From assembly GCA_950097015.1 (NCBI GenBank), contig CATNEN010000038.1:24180001-24244000 (forward strand): a DNA stretch of 64,000 bases, in the 5' to 3' direction. The first letter of the stretch is position 1. Each line of letters starts with the position of its first letter. The notes under the pieces were generated by a model, which was given only the letters and a program-made list of their open reading frames with translations, did no database searches and was not told where the DNA came from. Shown here one piece after another: positions 12,224 through 25,258 of the stretch. The translations under genes were made by a program, and so were the position numbers. Source of the DNA: Macrostomum hystrix (lineage: Eukaryota > Animalia > Platyhelminthes).

Positions 12224-12977
12224 GGGTGAGCAGTAACTATGGATTTGGGAGAGCAGTAACTATGGATTTAGGTGAGCAGTAATTATGGATTTGGGTGAAC
12301 AGTAACTATGGATTTGGGAGAGCAGTAACTATGGATTTAGGTGAGCAGTAATTATGGATTTGGGTGAGCAGTAACTATGGATTTGGGAGAGAAGTAACTA
12401 TGGATTTGGGAGAGAAGTAACTATGGATTTGGGAGAGAAGTAACTAAGGATTTGGGTGAGAAGTAACTATGGATTTGGGAGAGAAGTAACTAAGGATTTG
12501 GGTGAGAAGTAACTATGGATTTGGGTGAGAATTAACTATGGATTTGGGTGTGCAGTAACTAAGGATTTGGGAGAGCAGTAACTAAGGATTTGGGTGAGAA
12601 TTAACTATGGATTTGGGAGAGAAGTAACTAAGGATTTGGGAGAGCAGTAACTAAGGATTTGGGAGAGCAGTAACTATGGATTTAGGTGAGCAGTAATTAT
12701 GGATTTGGGTGAGCAGTAACTATGGATTTGGGAGAGAAGTAACTAAGGATTTGGGAGAGCAGTAACTAAGGATTTGGGAGAGAAGTAACTAAGGATTTAG
12801 GAGAGAAGTAACTAAGGATTTGGGTGTGCAGTAACTAAGGATTTGGGAGAGAAGTAACTAAGGATTTGGGAGAGAAGTAACTAAGGATTTGGGAGAGCAA
12901 TAACTAAGGATTTGGGTGAGAAGTAACTAAGGATTTGGGAGAGCAGTAACTAAGGATTTGGGTGAGAAGTAACTATG
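12224..12977. repeat. Minisatellite, 23-bp unit (~33 copies)
   Basis: GAG(C/A)AGTAACTA(T/A)GGATTTGGG(T/A). Confidence 0.95.
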
Positions 12978-13729
12978 AGTTCATATGAGCAGCACCTAAA
13001 ATCAAAGCGTCGAATTTCCATTGAAATCTGACGCGGAGTTTGTAAAAAAACTGCAATCCTGAAGAAATATTTATTGGAAACTGTTGTGCGTGAGTTCAAA
13101 TTGGTTTTATTGCTACGCAACTTGCCACAGAAGCACAGGTGTTGACGCACTTGTATTGTCGAATTGCTACTAAAAACAAGATTAAAAATGTCACGCATGA
13201 GAAATGTTTCGCTAGCGCAGGGAAGCAGAAAAAAACAGGCTATAAAAAAGTAAAGAAAACAAATAAATCCGGAAACAGGTAGCAAAGCAAGACACTTTTT
13301 GTTCTTGTCATTCTATTAAGAAAAAACAATTTTCGGCAAGCGAGGAAACTATCTTTCTGAAGACAAACGTAGAGCCGTTAATCACTGATTTACTATGAGT
13401 AGTATAAATAGAAAACTATCGGAAATTTAGCACAAGGCATCTAGATAACTCAATCTAGAAATGAATCATTCGCGCTTCCGTTAATTAGTGAAGAGTAAAT
13501 TCTTAAGTAAGCGTGTGTGTTCAAGGTTATAATTATTTTGTACTGTACTGGAAACACAGCTGCAACTAGTACTTCGAGGAAGTTTATAAAAAACGAACAC
13601 ATATCATAGAAAAATGTTAACATCTTTTTCACTGCTACTGGATGCGACGAAACAAAAATTAATGCGCAGCATTCTGGTTTGTCATTTTAAAATTTCGTTT
13701 GACATCCACACTAAAACAGCAAACCCATT

Positions 13730-13855
13730 TTTAACCCACCCCACACAAAAACACCCACCTCACGCCAAAACACCCGCCTCACGCCAAAACACCCACCTCA
13801 CACCAACACACCCACCTCACACCAAAACACCAACCTCAAGCTGAAATACCCACGT
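13730..13855. repeat. Short degenerate ACACCCACCTCAC-family array
   Basis: CCAAAACACCCACCTCACG-like units downstream of the desaturase stop codon. Confidence 0.75.
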
Positions 13856-14017
13856 CTAATCGAAACAGCAACCTCAATCTAGAGAAAATATAGCTTGTAC
13901 TTCTACACAGAAAATAAGAAACGACAAACATAGTAACAAAACAGTTATTGTTTAAAGTAGTATTCATAGTAGCAAGCTAGTCGAATGTTTCAGTTGAATG
14001 TAGCAAATACATTTTTC

Positions 14018-17000
14018 TCAGCCGGGCATGTGATAAGCTTCGAACCAGAGTTCGCCAGATTTCTTCAAGGAGCGCAGAATATCAGCGAAAGCTGTTAGCA
14101 ACGGCTTCTCAACATAGGGAATTCCGTGTTTAGCGCACAGCTGTTTAACATGCGGCTGCACTAGCGGATAAGAATGACGCGGCATAGTAGGGAATAGACT
14201 GCGGTAGGAGAGAAATAAAACAAAGGAGTTAAGCTGTTTGCCAGGTGATAATAATACGATTGGACTCATTATAAACTCACTGGTGTTCAATCTGATAATT
14301 CAGGTGTCCCGTAAACCAATCATTGAAGCTGCCACCTTCAGCATTCATTGTCGCTTTGAGCTGCATTGAGAACCAATCGCGTCTCTGATCCCGATCAATG
14401 TCCATCGGGATGTGGCTCATCTGGGTGCACGCAACAAACCAGTGCGACTCCAGGTAGCTGCGGATATCAGGTGATAATTATAGAAAAAAAAATTACATTT
14501 ATTTGCTCCATTTATATATTCTCTATTTATTAGACTCATCCCTCGCGTCTAATCTCTTTAATTTCTCATCTCTCCTCTGTATTCTCTCTTCGATGTCTAT
14601 AACATCTCGTCCCATCTCCAAATTTATTCTCTCTACAGTGTCTTGTCTCTCCATTGGCTTTTCTCAGAAGTGTCTCTCATCTCTCTTATCTCATTTTTGC
14701 ATTCTTCTCGTTCTCAGCAGTGCCTTAAACCTCCAGTCTTATCCTAAACTGTCCTCTCTCTGCAATGTCTCATACCTGGTGTCTTATCTCTTAAGTGCAT
14801 TATTTCTCCTGTGTCTAATCTCTGCAGTGTCTCATCTCCCCCTGTCTCATCTCTCCCGAATCTCATCTCTCCCGTGTCTCATCTCCCCCTGCCTCATCTC
14901 TCCCGTGTTTTATCTCACCTGGGTCTTTTCTCTCCCGTGTCTTATCTCTCCCGTGTCTCATCTCTCCCCTGTCTTATCTCCCCCATGTCTTATCTCTCCC
15001 CTGTCTTATCTCTCCCGTGTCTCATCTTTCCCTCTCTCATCTCTGTCTCAACAGTCTAGCCTCAGCCATCCTGCCTAATATCTCTACATATTTTTATCTT
15101 AACATATTTATATTATACTCGTAGTTTTCAGAATCATTCGGTTTTAACTATAGTTTCGTGTATTGAAGTGCGTAGTAAAACAGAAAATAAAAGAAACCAT
15201 TTGCACTAACCGAGCAAACATGTAGAGAGCGAATGTGCCCCACCAGCTAGCAAAGAAGTGATTAAACACGTAGAAGTACTTCATGAAGAAGGACACAGTC
15301 CACATTAGGTCGCGATAATTTTTACGCTTCAATGTGAAGTAGACATTTTCCAAGTGAAAGTACAACGGCAGCAGCATAGGCGGTCCGAGCAGCCAGAAAT
15401 AATCGTGCTGCCAATTGTAGGGCATGAAGCCACGCTTCTTTTTACCCCATTCTAGTGGCATTTTATCGCCAAGAAGGAACACGTACGGCACGCCAATGTC
15501 CGGATCTGTGCCAACCACATTGGGCTTGGAATGATGCAGGTAGTGCCTAAAATTCCACCAGTGCGAGCTGGCGCCCTTCAGGTGACCAACTACCAATTCG
15601 TGACCAATGTGATTTAGGCGGCGGCTGTTAAACACGCTCAGGTGGCCGTAGTCGTGCTGAGCCCAACCGGCCTTACAAAAGGCGATATTTGAAACATAAA
15701 TTAGTGATTTCAAAAGTTTTCCTATTTCCACATAATACTACTGTAAGTAGGCTACATACGAACACCCGAGTGAAAATGTGATACAAGGACAAATATAAGA
15801 GAGAGATGAGTTGGGGATAGATTAGACACAGGACAAATGAGACGGAAGAGATAAGACAGGGAACAAATGAGATAGGAAAGAAATGAAAAAGGGAAAAGAC
15901 GAGACAGGGAAAATGAGACAGAGGAGACAGGGAAGATAAGAAATAGAAATGAAATAATGGAGAGATGACATAGGGGAGAGACAAGATAGGTTAGATATGA
16001 GACGGGAGAGATTAGACAGGGGGGATATGATACAGGGGAGATATGATACAGGGGAGAGATGATACAAATGAGAGATGATACAGGTGAGAGATGATACAGG
16101 TGAGAGATGATACAGGTGAGAGATGATACAGGTGAGAGATGATACAGGTGAGAGATGATACAGGTGAGAGGTGATACAGGTGAGAGATGATACAGGTGAG
16201 AGATTATACAGGTGAGAGATGATACAGGTGAGAGATGATACAGGTGAGAGATGATACAGGTGAGAGGTGATACAGGTGAGAGATGATACAGGTGAGAGAT
16301 GATACAGGTGAGAGATGATACAGGTGAGAGATGATACAGGTGAGAGGTGATACAGGTAGAGATGAGACATGGGAGAGATGGAAGAGATGAGGCAGTACAG
16401 TAGAGGTGTTGAATTGCTCAGCGAATTGCTGTACTTTAAGCAACTGAAGGCAAATGCAATGTTGATAACAGCTTACCTGGGCCTGGGCAGTACATAGCAG
16501 GAATCCGGCAGCCACAAAGGTGAGTAGGTTGGTGCCCCAGTGCCAGAGCACTAGCACAGCCATCAGTTCGAACAGCCAGCACTGGGCCAGGTATTTAACA
16601 AAGAATGCCGGCTTGGCGGCGAACCAGCCAGACGATTCAGCCAGTTGGCGAAGCTTGCGAAAGTCGCGCTGCACGGGTGACTGATCCATGGGGAGAATAA
16701 TGGGAGAATTGTTTTCAATAGTCAGAGAAACTCGCGAGTATGACTGGAATCAACTGAAAGTATACTCACCAAAGTTTGCTCATAGTCTTCAACAATTCCG
16801 CATTCCAGTGGTTTCATGTACTTTTCCACTAGCTCTTTGTCATTGTGCAGGGCTACAAAAGCATCCTTTTAAAATGGATTTAAAATTTTGATTGATGCAG
16901 TTTAATTTAGTTTAGAGTTTATGACAATTATCTATGAACATAAGATAAAAAACTAACCATAATAACCATAATTCATTCGTTTTCCTTCATTATATATTTT

Positions 17001-17712
17001 AGCCATCTTTATAATGTAAAAACTGTAGAATATTTTTCTGTGTCAGCCAAGAACATCCAAATCCCCATAAACAAGCATGTATCCTAAAAGTAGGCCTATT
17101 TTTATAAAAAGTTAGTATATAGAATTTTTGTGTTTCTTTTATTCATCTATTTCCATATTTTCCTGTTGTCTCTTTTGTCTCTCAGTCTCTGCACTGTTTA
17201 TTTTACTCATTTCAGTGCAAACTATATTGGAGAACAGAAAGTATATAAAATACATAGGAGAAACAGAAGTCCCTGTAACCATATCCATATCCATAACTTT
17301 TGTCAAAAAAGTTCCATATCTGTAACTTGCCATAGCCATATATGTAGCTATAGCAGAACTCTACTAGTTATATTATTCCTGATATAGAGTGTATTAATTT
17401 TGGTGAACAGCTTTGTACTTGGCCCACAATACATAAAAATAGGTCAAATGGTGCGACTAGTTATAAAAGCTATAAGACTTATGGGCCCAAGCTTTAAAAC
17501 TTCTGAGTTATAAAAGCATAAATGCATTTGCATAGCAGCATAGGCCTTACCGTTGCATCTTCTCCAGAGTATGATCCTAGAATTTTAGCTCCCCCAGGAT
17601 GGCGGTGCATAAACGTCGTCACATCATACACTTTACCGTGAATTACAATCAGTTTTCGTTTACTGTCCTTGTGCCCATATTCTTTAAGAGATTCTAATGT
17701 AAACTTCTGCAT
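14018..17712 (-). CDS. Front-end (delta-5/delta-6 type) fatty acyl desaturase with N-terminal cytochrome b5 domain, ~426 aa (FADS1/FADS2 family)
   Basis: Exons 17712-17551, 16865-16770, 16680-16477, 15671-15211, 14457-14281 and 14198-14018 splice in frame. Contains the cytochrome b5 heme motif HPGG, His boxes HDYGH, HYLHH and QIEHH, and the C-terminal HLFPTMPRH...[11 protein letters not shown]. An in-frame acceptor at 17736 means the N-terminus could be slightly longer. Confidence 0.95.
14790..15050. repeat. Degenerate ~16-bp CT-rich array (TCTCATCTCTCCCCTG) in desaturase intron 4
   Basis: Reverse complement of the GAGACAGGGGAGAGAT family. Confidence 0.85.
15825..16385. repeat. 16-bp GA-rich array (GAGAGATGATACAGGT) in desaturase intron 3
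   Basis: Degenerate GAGACAGGGGAGAGAT-like units grading into homogeneous GAGAGATGATACAGGT units. Confidence 0.92.
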
Positions 17713-20144
17713 TTTGTTAGTGTCATATAGTTCACTCTAAATTAGATGAAAAAATCATAGACTAGGCCCAACTGTTTCTAGTAAATCAATGTTACCTGAG
17801 AGTGAAAATGCGGGGTAAAAATAAGATATCAAAAAGTTTTTGTACCAGACAATAACAGTAGACGTAAAACTGAAATATGCTAAGAAAACTATTTCTTCAT
17901 GTGAAACCACCACACCACTTTTTCCGTTGCTATAGGAATCTACGATGAAGGAAGTCACATTAAAACTAAATTTAAGCCTTTTGTTTTTTGCTTGCTAGTT
18001 TTGTATGTCTACTGATTTGCACTACATATAATATACCGAGTTTCTATCTATATTTTTACATTATGTGCACGAAAATAAAGTCTTAAAAAATATTTAAAAG
18101 CATTTCTGCTTTTCGATTACAACACTTGTAGCCAAAACATATGTGCCTTTGTTGTGCATTTACTCTTCCCAAAAACGAGTCTTAGGGGAAAAAATACACA
18201 TTAAAATTTATCAAGTTGGTGGAGTCGGTCTTGCTATCTGTTAAGACCATGAGTGAGCCTTTATATTGCTGTAGTTTAGAATCAGATGTTGTAAAACGAG
18301 CTGCTTTTTTGAAAACCCTGACCGACTTTGCGCTTTAAAGTTTCGTTCACGCTGCTAATGAATTATTATAATATACAATACATAAAAAATACGCAAATTC
18401 ATCATAATTTGAAGCTTTTGATGGCATTGTAGACTAACTAAAGCTTCGAACCAACCCTATGTAATTATTCTTTAGACGGTCTTTAAGATTTTTTCTGTTT
18501 TTTAGGATATTGAGCGACTGCTAAATAATCACTTTGGTCAGTCACGTGCTTAGAGTGGCTTAGTGGGCCTAAGAGATATCTAAAGAGCATACAATATAAG
18601 AAAGCTTTTAAAACGGCTTCATGTAAGGTTGATAACTTTTTGAGTTAAATTTATCTTGAGTTTAGCTTCATTAAACTTATTTATATTTCAAATTCCACAT
18701 TCATTTGGGACGTTGCCGCGGAGAGAAGGCTTGGGTGCTTGTCATGCAATTTACGCCCATGAGGGCCAGCCTTCAAATCAATGTGAAAGTGTAAACTGCC
18801 TGACGATGAGAAAGCCATGGCAGATATATATAGAAACCTGTGTGAGCGTGTGCGTGCGTACAGTATCTGCCTGCGTGTTTGTGTGTTATATTACAGGCAC
18901 GATGCGCTACTATCGAGTAAGAATCAGAACGATTTGAACTCCGTTTTTATCATTTTATTTCCAGCTTTTTTCAGCTCGCAGCTATGTAACGTTTTTAAAA
19001 AATTCTGTCTTGTTTTACAAAAAAGTTTCAAAAACTAACTTTCGTTAGTTTTAGTTTTAGTTTAAGTTTTTTAGTTTAGTTTTAGTTAGTGGTTGTTTGT
19101 TTGTCCTAGCTAAAGGACACGGGCGTGAAACAACTTCGCTATGATATTATGTACTTCTTGAGAAAATTCTATTTATATTGCCAATTGAGTATTATTGTCA
19201 ATTGATTTCCGCATTTAAAAGAGTTTTTTAATAATGAATTCAATTTAATTTGTTAATTGCTTGCGACAGAATTATCTGATTGATACCCTGAATATCGCTA
19301 AAAATGCTTAACCCGATTCAGTAATATCATAATAGCCTTTTTAGGTAATTGACTAATTGGTTTGGTCCTGTTTTCCAGTAGAGAATAAGAACTGCATTAT
19401 AAGCGTTTATTACGCTCGGAATCTGAATGATAATGGAATCACTGAGTGCTACACGAGTGCTCGTACTATAGTATTCCTTGTTTTTTATTGTTCGATGAAA
19501 AATAATATAGAAAACAATATAAAGATTGATGGAATTACGGGGTGCAGATAAAACGGCAGGTATAGATTTGGCTATAAAACTAAGCGGTAAAAAATCAATA
19601 TGATTAATATATAAAAAATGGCCCAGTCTATTGAGATTCCTGGCTTCGTCGTCAAAAAAATATTTCCAAATTTGGACACGAAATTTTGGCACAAAAGACT
19701 TAAATCGATGCGTTATTATAAAAGATAAAAGGGCCGGGATTTGATAATGGCATTCTCTTGTGAGGATTTGACCCGAGTAATAGTTGAGGGCTTTGGTATT
19801 AATCTTGCAGTGGAATTAATTCAAATCTGTGCACTTTTATAGTAAGGAATAGCAGCATGTTATCACATATGCATTCCACACACACCAATACTCTTTGTCT
19901 ACTGTAAAACTCCTTTAAACTACGCGCTGTTATAGCGATCAATTATTGACTGTAAACACAATCTGATATATTCTATCTCCTATTTAATTATGCAAATCAT
20001 CTGTCCGAATCCTAGAGTCTACAATACTCACTACAACACAAAATTGGTCTGTTGTCTGTAGTTTTAGGAACAAGATAGTCACAGCAATGCAGGTCTTCAC
20101 AGTTTATGCAAAGAAAATGGGCGGAGAAAAAACTGGGGAAAGTT

Positions 20145-20800
20145 GAGACAGGGGGAGATTTGACAGAGACATTAGACAGAACAGAGGCCCGACAGAGAGA
20201 GATGAGACAGGGAAGAGATGAGACACGGGAGACATGAGACAGGGAAGAGATGAAACAGGGAGAGATGAAACAGGGAGAGATGAGACAAGGAGAGATGAAA
20301 CAGGGAGAGATGAAACAGGGAGAGATGAGACCGGGTGAGATGAGACCGGGTGAGATGAGACACGGGAGACATGAAACAGGGAGACATGAAACAGGGAGAG
20401 ATGAGACACGGGAGACATGAAACAGGGAGACATGAAACAGGGAGAGATGAGACCGGGTGAGATGAGACCGGGAGAGATGAGACCGGGAGAGATGAGACAG
20501 GGAGAGATGAGACCGGGAGAGATGAGACACGGGAGACATGAAACAGGGAGAGATGAAACAGGGAGAGATGAGACCGGGTGAGATGAGACCGGGTGAGATG
20601 AGACCGGGAGAGATGAGACAGGGAGAGATGAGACCGGGAGAGATGAGACACGGGAGACATGAAACAGGGAGAGATGAGATACGGGAGACATGAAACAGGG
20701 AGAGATGAGACCGGGAGAGATGAGACCGGGAGAGATGAGACCGGGAGAGATGAGACCGGGAGAGATGAGACACGGGAGAGATGAGACCGGGAGAGAGACA
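20145..20800. repeat. ~15-16-bp GA-rich array (GAGATGAGACCGGGA family)
   Basis: Same family as 15825-16385 and 49825-50140. Confidence 0.92.
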
Positions 20801-21031
20801 AGAATATAAGATTTCGATCATTTAAGTATTTATTGTATGCTGTTATTGAGACGAATCAAATAAAATATCAATAATATTATGATAGATTTAACAAAGAATT
20901 TTTCGCAATGTGCTCAATTTGCAGCTCGTGAACTTGCCTAAAATGATTATCCTGAATTAGATAAATTTTTGAGCTCATAATAATTTATAAGAATACTGCA
21001 TGACGATCGACTCTGAACACTTACAATACGT

Positions 21032-21525
21032 AGTTTCCAATCCACAGTTTCCAGTCCACAGTTTCCAATCCACAGTTTCCAGTCCACAGTTTCCAGTCCA
21101 CAGTTTCTGTTGTGACTTGAATATTCAACCGGACTTGAATGTACTCTATTAACTTATCGTTGCGCAATGCACGTCCATTTTCCTATGCGTGCGTGGGCCG
21201 GGTGTGTCACCTGCGATTGCGACACAACGTGCTCTGTTCTTACTCCCTGCTCTCCACGTGCCATTGTCACCCCCAGTCATATTTTGTTAGTATAAATATA
21301 TCGAATTTCCTTTGTACGTAGTTCGTGGCCTTTGCGCTATCTAAAGAATTCCTGGTCTACAAAAGTTTCCAATCCACAGTTTCCAATCCACATTTTCCAA
21401 TCCACAGTTTCCAATCCACAGTTTTCGATCAACAGTTTCCAGTCCACAGTTTTCGATCAACAGTTTCCAATCAACAGTTTCCAATCCACAGTTTCCAATC
21501 CACAGTTTCCAATCCACAGTTTCCA
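21032..21525. repeat. Two short 14-bp arrays (AGTTTCCAATCCAC) at 21032-21107 and 21364-21525
   Basis: Same unit and orientation, separated by about 250 bp of unique sequence. Confidence 0.88.
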
Positions 21526-21759
21526 TCGGAATTTTAGAAGTGTGCTTTTAAATTTTTAATGCTGACTTCACTTTTCAACAAATTTTCTTTAGATTATCGC
21601 CACCTGCAACGCAACAGTTTTAGTCGACTTCAGTTTATTAAGATCTCGGAACACATTTTAGTTGATAAAATTATTATTTGACATCATAGAAATGACGGAC
21701 AAATGATTTGATTGTTAATTTAAACTGTTTATTAATTTTTAGACAGCCATCGGATAAAC

Positions 21760-23542
21760 CTATTCTGCCTGGGCTAGCTGCAACAGGCGGTTCAGCTTGT
21801 TGTCAACCGAGTTTAGGCGGGACAGAATGTACTTTTCAAAGCTTGAACGACCGGTTGACGAACCAATACGGTGGGACGAGTGGCCGCTGCGCTTACCGAA
21901 TCTGAAAACGAGAAAATGTTTGTTTATAAGTATTTTTATCTAACAAAATAGTGTTACATAATAATTCACAAAATACGTTTCTTTGTTAGGCAGGGTGTCA
22001 GTTTGTCAGGCAGGGTGTCAGTTTGTCAGGCAGGGTGTCAGTTTGTCAGGCAGGGTGTCAGTTTGTCAGGCAGGGTGTCAGTTTGTCAGGCAGGGTGTCA
22101 GTTTGTCAGGCAGGGTGTCAGTTTGTCAGGCAGGGTGTCAGTTTGTCAGGCAGGGTGTCAGTTTGTCAGGCAGGGTGTCAGTTTGTTAGACATGTTGTCA
22201 GTTTGTCAGACAGGGTGTCAGTTTGTTAGACATGTTGTCAGTTTGTCAGACAGGGTGTCAGTTTGTCAGACATGTTGTCAGTTTGTCAGACAGGGTGTCA
22301 GTTTGTTAGACATGTTGTCAGTTTGTCAGACAGGGTGTCAGTTTGTTAGACAGGGTGTCAGTTTGTTAGACATGTTGTCAGTTTGTCAGACAGGGTGTCA
22401 GTTTGTTAGACATGTTGTCAGTTTGTCAGACAGGGTGTCAGTTTGTTAGACATGTTGTCAGTTTGTCAGACAGGGTGTCAGTTTGTTAGACATGTTGTCA
22501 GTTTGTCAGACAGGGTGTCAGTTTGTTAGAAATGTTGTCAGTTTGTCAGACAGGGTGTCAGTTTGTCAGACAGGGAGTCAGTTGTTTTACTGTTATAGAC
22601 GAAATTTAAAAAAAAATTTGCTTAATAAACAAAAATCTAAGTAGGATTGCTGAAAATCATTAAAAAACAAAAAAAGGTTTCAAAAGCCTTTTCTATAAAA
22701 CTGAATGAAAGTATGAAGCTGGACATTTTTTTACGAAAAAAAATTTAGCAAGTAATTTTCGAAAAAATTACCTCTTGTTCCGCCAGTGTTGCTATTGTTT
22801 TAAATCATCATTAGTTAATTTTTTCGTGATTTTTTTAGAAATTTACTAAACAGATTTTTTGCAAAGCTATTTTGTTTTATTTTTCTCTCAGTTCAAATTG
22901 ACTTTTTGTTAACAAAAAGTTAATTGCTACGATTTTTTCACGTGATCAAAATGCTTGATGATTGACATAAATTCTATTTTAAAAAATCTGTTTTGCAAAT
23001 TTTTAATTTTTTAATTGCCGTGCGCAAATTTTTGTGCTAAGCAGGAACAGTTAAAGTAAGTTTTGAGTAGACCCCTGAGTAGGTAAGGGTCACAGGTTCG
23101 AATCTCCAGCACAGTGAGCAGTGTACACCCCAGTGAAAACTTTTCACTTCTCGATTCTTTGTTAAAATAAAAGTCAGGGCAGATTTACAACCGAGTGGGT
23201 AGGTGTACGTCCTTGTAAGCGGGTGTACATACATGTGAGCGGGTGTACAACCCTGTGAGCGGGTGTACAACCCTGTGAGCGGGTGAGCAGTAATTTATTA
23301 GAAACCTACCGCTGGCGTCCCAGCAGTTTCAGATAGGCCTCTAAATCTTTCATGTAGACTTTAAACTCCTCGATGGAGTTGAAGTGGGCCGGCTTGACAG
23401 GCGGCTCGAGTTGCCTCTTATTGGCGACCGTCAGCGAGTCCCCACCTTCGTAGTAGTCGCTAGCCGACGTGTAGGCCGTTGTCATGGCAACCAATAATAT
23501 CATTAGCGTCAGCGAGTGCAGTTGTCCACTCGATCGGGCCAT
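21760..23542 (-). CDS. npf: Neuropeptide Y/F (NPY/NPF) precursor, 124 aa
   Basis: Exon 23542-23310 encodes a signal peptide, a short propeptide, KR, then QLEPPVKPAHFNSIEEFKVYMKDLEAYLKLLGRQ. A phase-2 intron splits the Arg codon. Exon 21901-21760 gives (R)F-G-KR and a C-terminal peptide. The mature 36-mer has P5, P8, Y20, L24, Y27 and RxRF-amide. An intron within the penultimate Arg codon is the hallmark of NPY/NPF genes. Confidence 0.95.
21982..22583. repeat. Minisatellite, 20-bp unit (~30 copies) in the NPF intron
   Basis: GTTTGTCAGGCAGGGTGTCA, switching to an alternating 40-bp dimer with GTTTGTTAGACATGTTGTCA. Confidence 0.95.
23033..23113 (+). mobile_element. Possible tRNA-derived SINE remnant in the NPF intron
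   Basis: B-box-like GGTCACAGGTTCGAATCTC; the segment is bounded by complementary TGTGCT and AGCACA. No convincing anticodon arm. Confidence 0.3.
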
Positions 23543-23630
23543 ATTATTGTTCTGTTCTAAATTTAAAAGCGGTTTAGTTGAAAATAATTCCATTAATGGA
23601 TAGAAATATAACACCTATTTAGGAGTCTTA

Positions 23631-23716
23631 CCTTCGAAGTACAGTAAATCCTGGAATCAGTTATTCCCCAAGGTAATAGCAGCGTGTTTGAAGCGGTCTC
23701 AGAACAGTATTTATAG
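23631..23716 (-). promoter_or_regulatory. Probable TATA box and non-coding first exon of the NPF gene
   Basis: CTATAAATA at about 23716-23708, a donor GAAG|GTAAG at about 23631, and an acceptor TTTAG at about 23557, just upstream of the ATG. Confidence 0.5.
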
Positions 23717-23904
23717 TTTGGAATGATGCAATGTGGGATATTTGGATAGCTTCCGATTGGATCTTCCCAATGTGGGATATTTTTCTCCGATCGGTTAAAA
23801 TAGAAACAGCCAATCCAACCACGCAGGCTGCTTCTTGACTCCCATAGGATAATCATAGGATTATTCTAATCTGGCTCAAATCTCCCATTCACTTCAGCTT
23901 CCCC

Positions 23905-25258
23905 TTAGCCCTTCTTTTAGCTTTCCACTTAGCCATTCCCTTAGTCTTCCCTTAGCCTTCTCTTAGTCTTCCTCTTAGCCATTCCCTTAGTCTTCCTCTT
24001 AGCCATTTCCTTAGTCTTCCTCTTAGCCATTCCCTTAGTCTTCCTCTTAGCCATTTCCTTAGTCTTCCTCTTAGCCATTCCCTTAGTCTTCCTCTTAGCC
24101 TTCTCTTAGTCTTCCTCTTAGCCATTCCCTTAGTCTTCCTCTTAGCCATTCCCTTAGTCTTCCTCTTAGCCATTCCCTTAGTCTTCCTCTTAGCCTTCTC
24201 TTAGTCTTCCTCTTAGCCATTCCCTTAGTCTTCCTCTTAGCCATTCCCTTAGTCTTCCTCTTAGCCATTCCCTTAGTCTTCCTCTTAGCCATTCCCTTAG
24301 TCTTCCTCTTAGCCATTCCCTTAGTCTTCCTCTTAGCCATTCCCTTAGTCTTCCTCTTAGCCATTCCCTTAGTCTTCCTCTTAGCCTTCCCTTAGTCTTC
24401 CTCTTAGCCATTCCCTTAGTCTTCCTCTTAGCCATTCCCTTAGTCTTCCTCTTAGCCATTCCCTTAGTCTTCCTCTTAGCCATTCCCTTAGTCTTCCTCT
24501 TAGCCTTCTCTTAGTCTTCCTCTTAGCCATTCCCTTAGTCTTCCTCTTAGCCATTCCCTTAGTCTTCCTCTTAGCCATTCCCTTAGTCTTCCTCTTAGCC
24601 ATTCCCTTAGTCTTCCTCTTAGCCTTCTCTTAGTCTTCCTCTTAGCCATTCCCTTAGTCTTCCTCTTAGCCATTCCCTTAGTCTTCCTCTTAGCCATTCC
24701 CTTAGTCTTCCTCTTAGCCTTCCCTTAGTCTTCCTCTTAGCCATTCCCTGAGTCTTCCTCTTAGCCTTCTCTTAGTCTTCCTCTTAGCCATTCCCTTAGT
24801 CTTCCCCTTAGCCATTCCCTTAGTCTTCCTCTTAGCCATTCCCTTAGTCTTCCTCTTAGCCATTCCCTTAGTCTTCCACTTAGCCTTCTCTTAGTCTTCC
24901 TCTTAGCCTTCCCTTAGTCTTCCTCTTAGCCTTCCCTTAGTCTTCCTCTTAGCCATTCCCTTAGTCTTCCTCTTAGCCATTCCCTTAGTCTTCCACTTAG
25001 CCTTCTCTTAGTCTTCCTCTTAGCCATTCACTTAGTCTTCCTCTTAGCCATTCCCTTAGTCTTCCTCTTAGCCATTCCCTTAGTCTTCCACTTAGCCTTC
25101 TCTTAGTCTTCCTCTTAGCCATTCCCTTAGTCTTCCTCTTAGCCATTCCCTTAGTCTTCCTCTTAGCCTTCTCTTAGTCTTCCTCTTAGCCTTCCCTTAG
25201 TCTTCCTCTTAGCCATTCCCTTAGTCTTCCTCTTAGCCATTCCCTTAGTCTTCCTCTT
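23905..25258. repeat. Minisatellite, 24-bp unit with 23-bp variants (~56 copies)
   Basis: CTTAGTCTTCCTCTTAGCCATTCC, built from two ~12-bp CTTAG-led halves. Confidence 0.97.

Noticed and set aside
17755-19692. Short AT-rich ORFs upstream of the desaturase
   Set aside because: No motifs or splice support, and the composition matches intergenic DNA.
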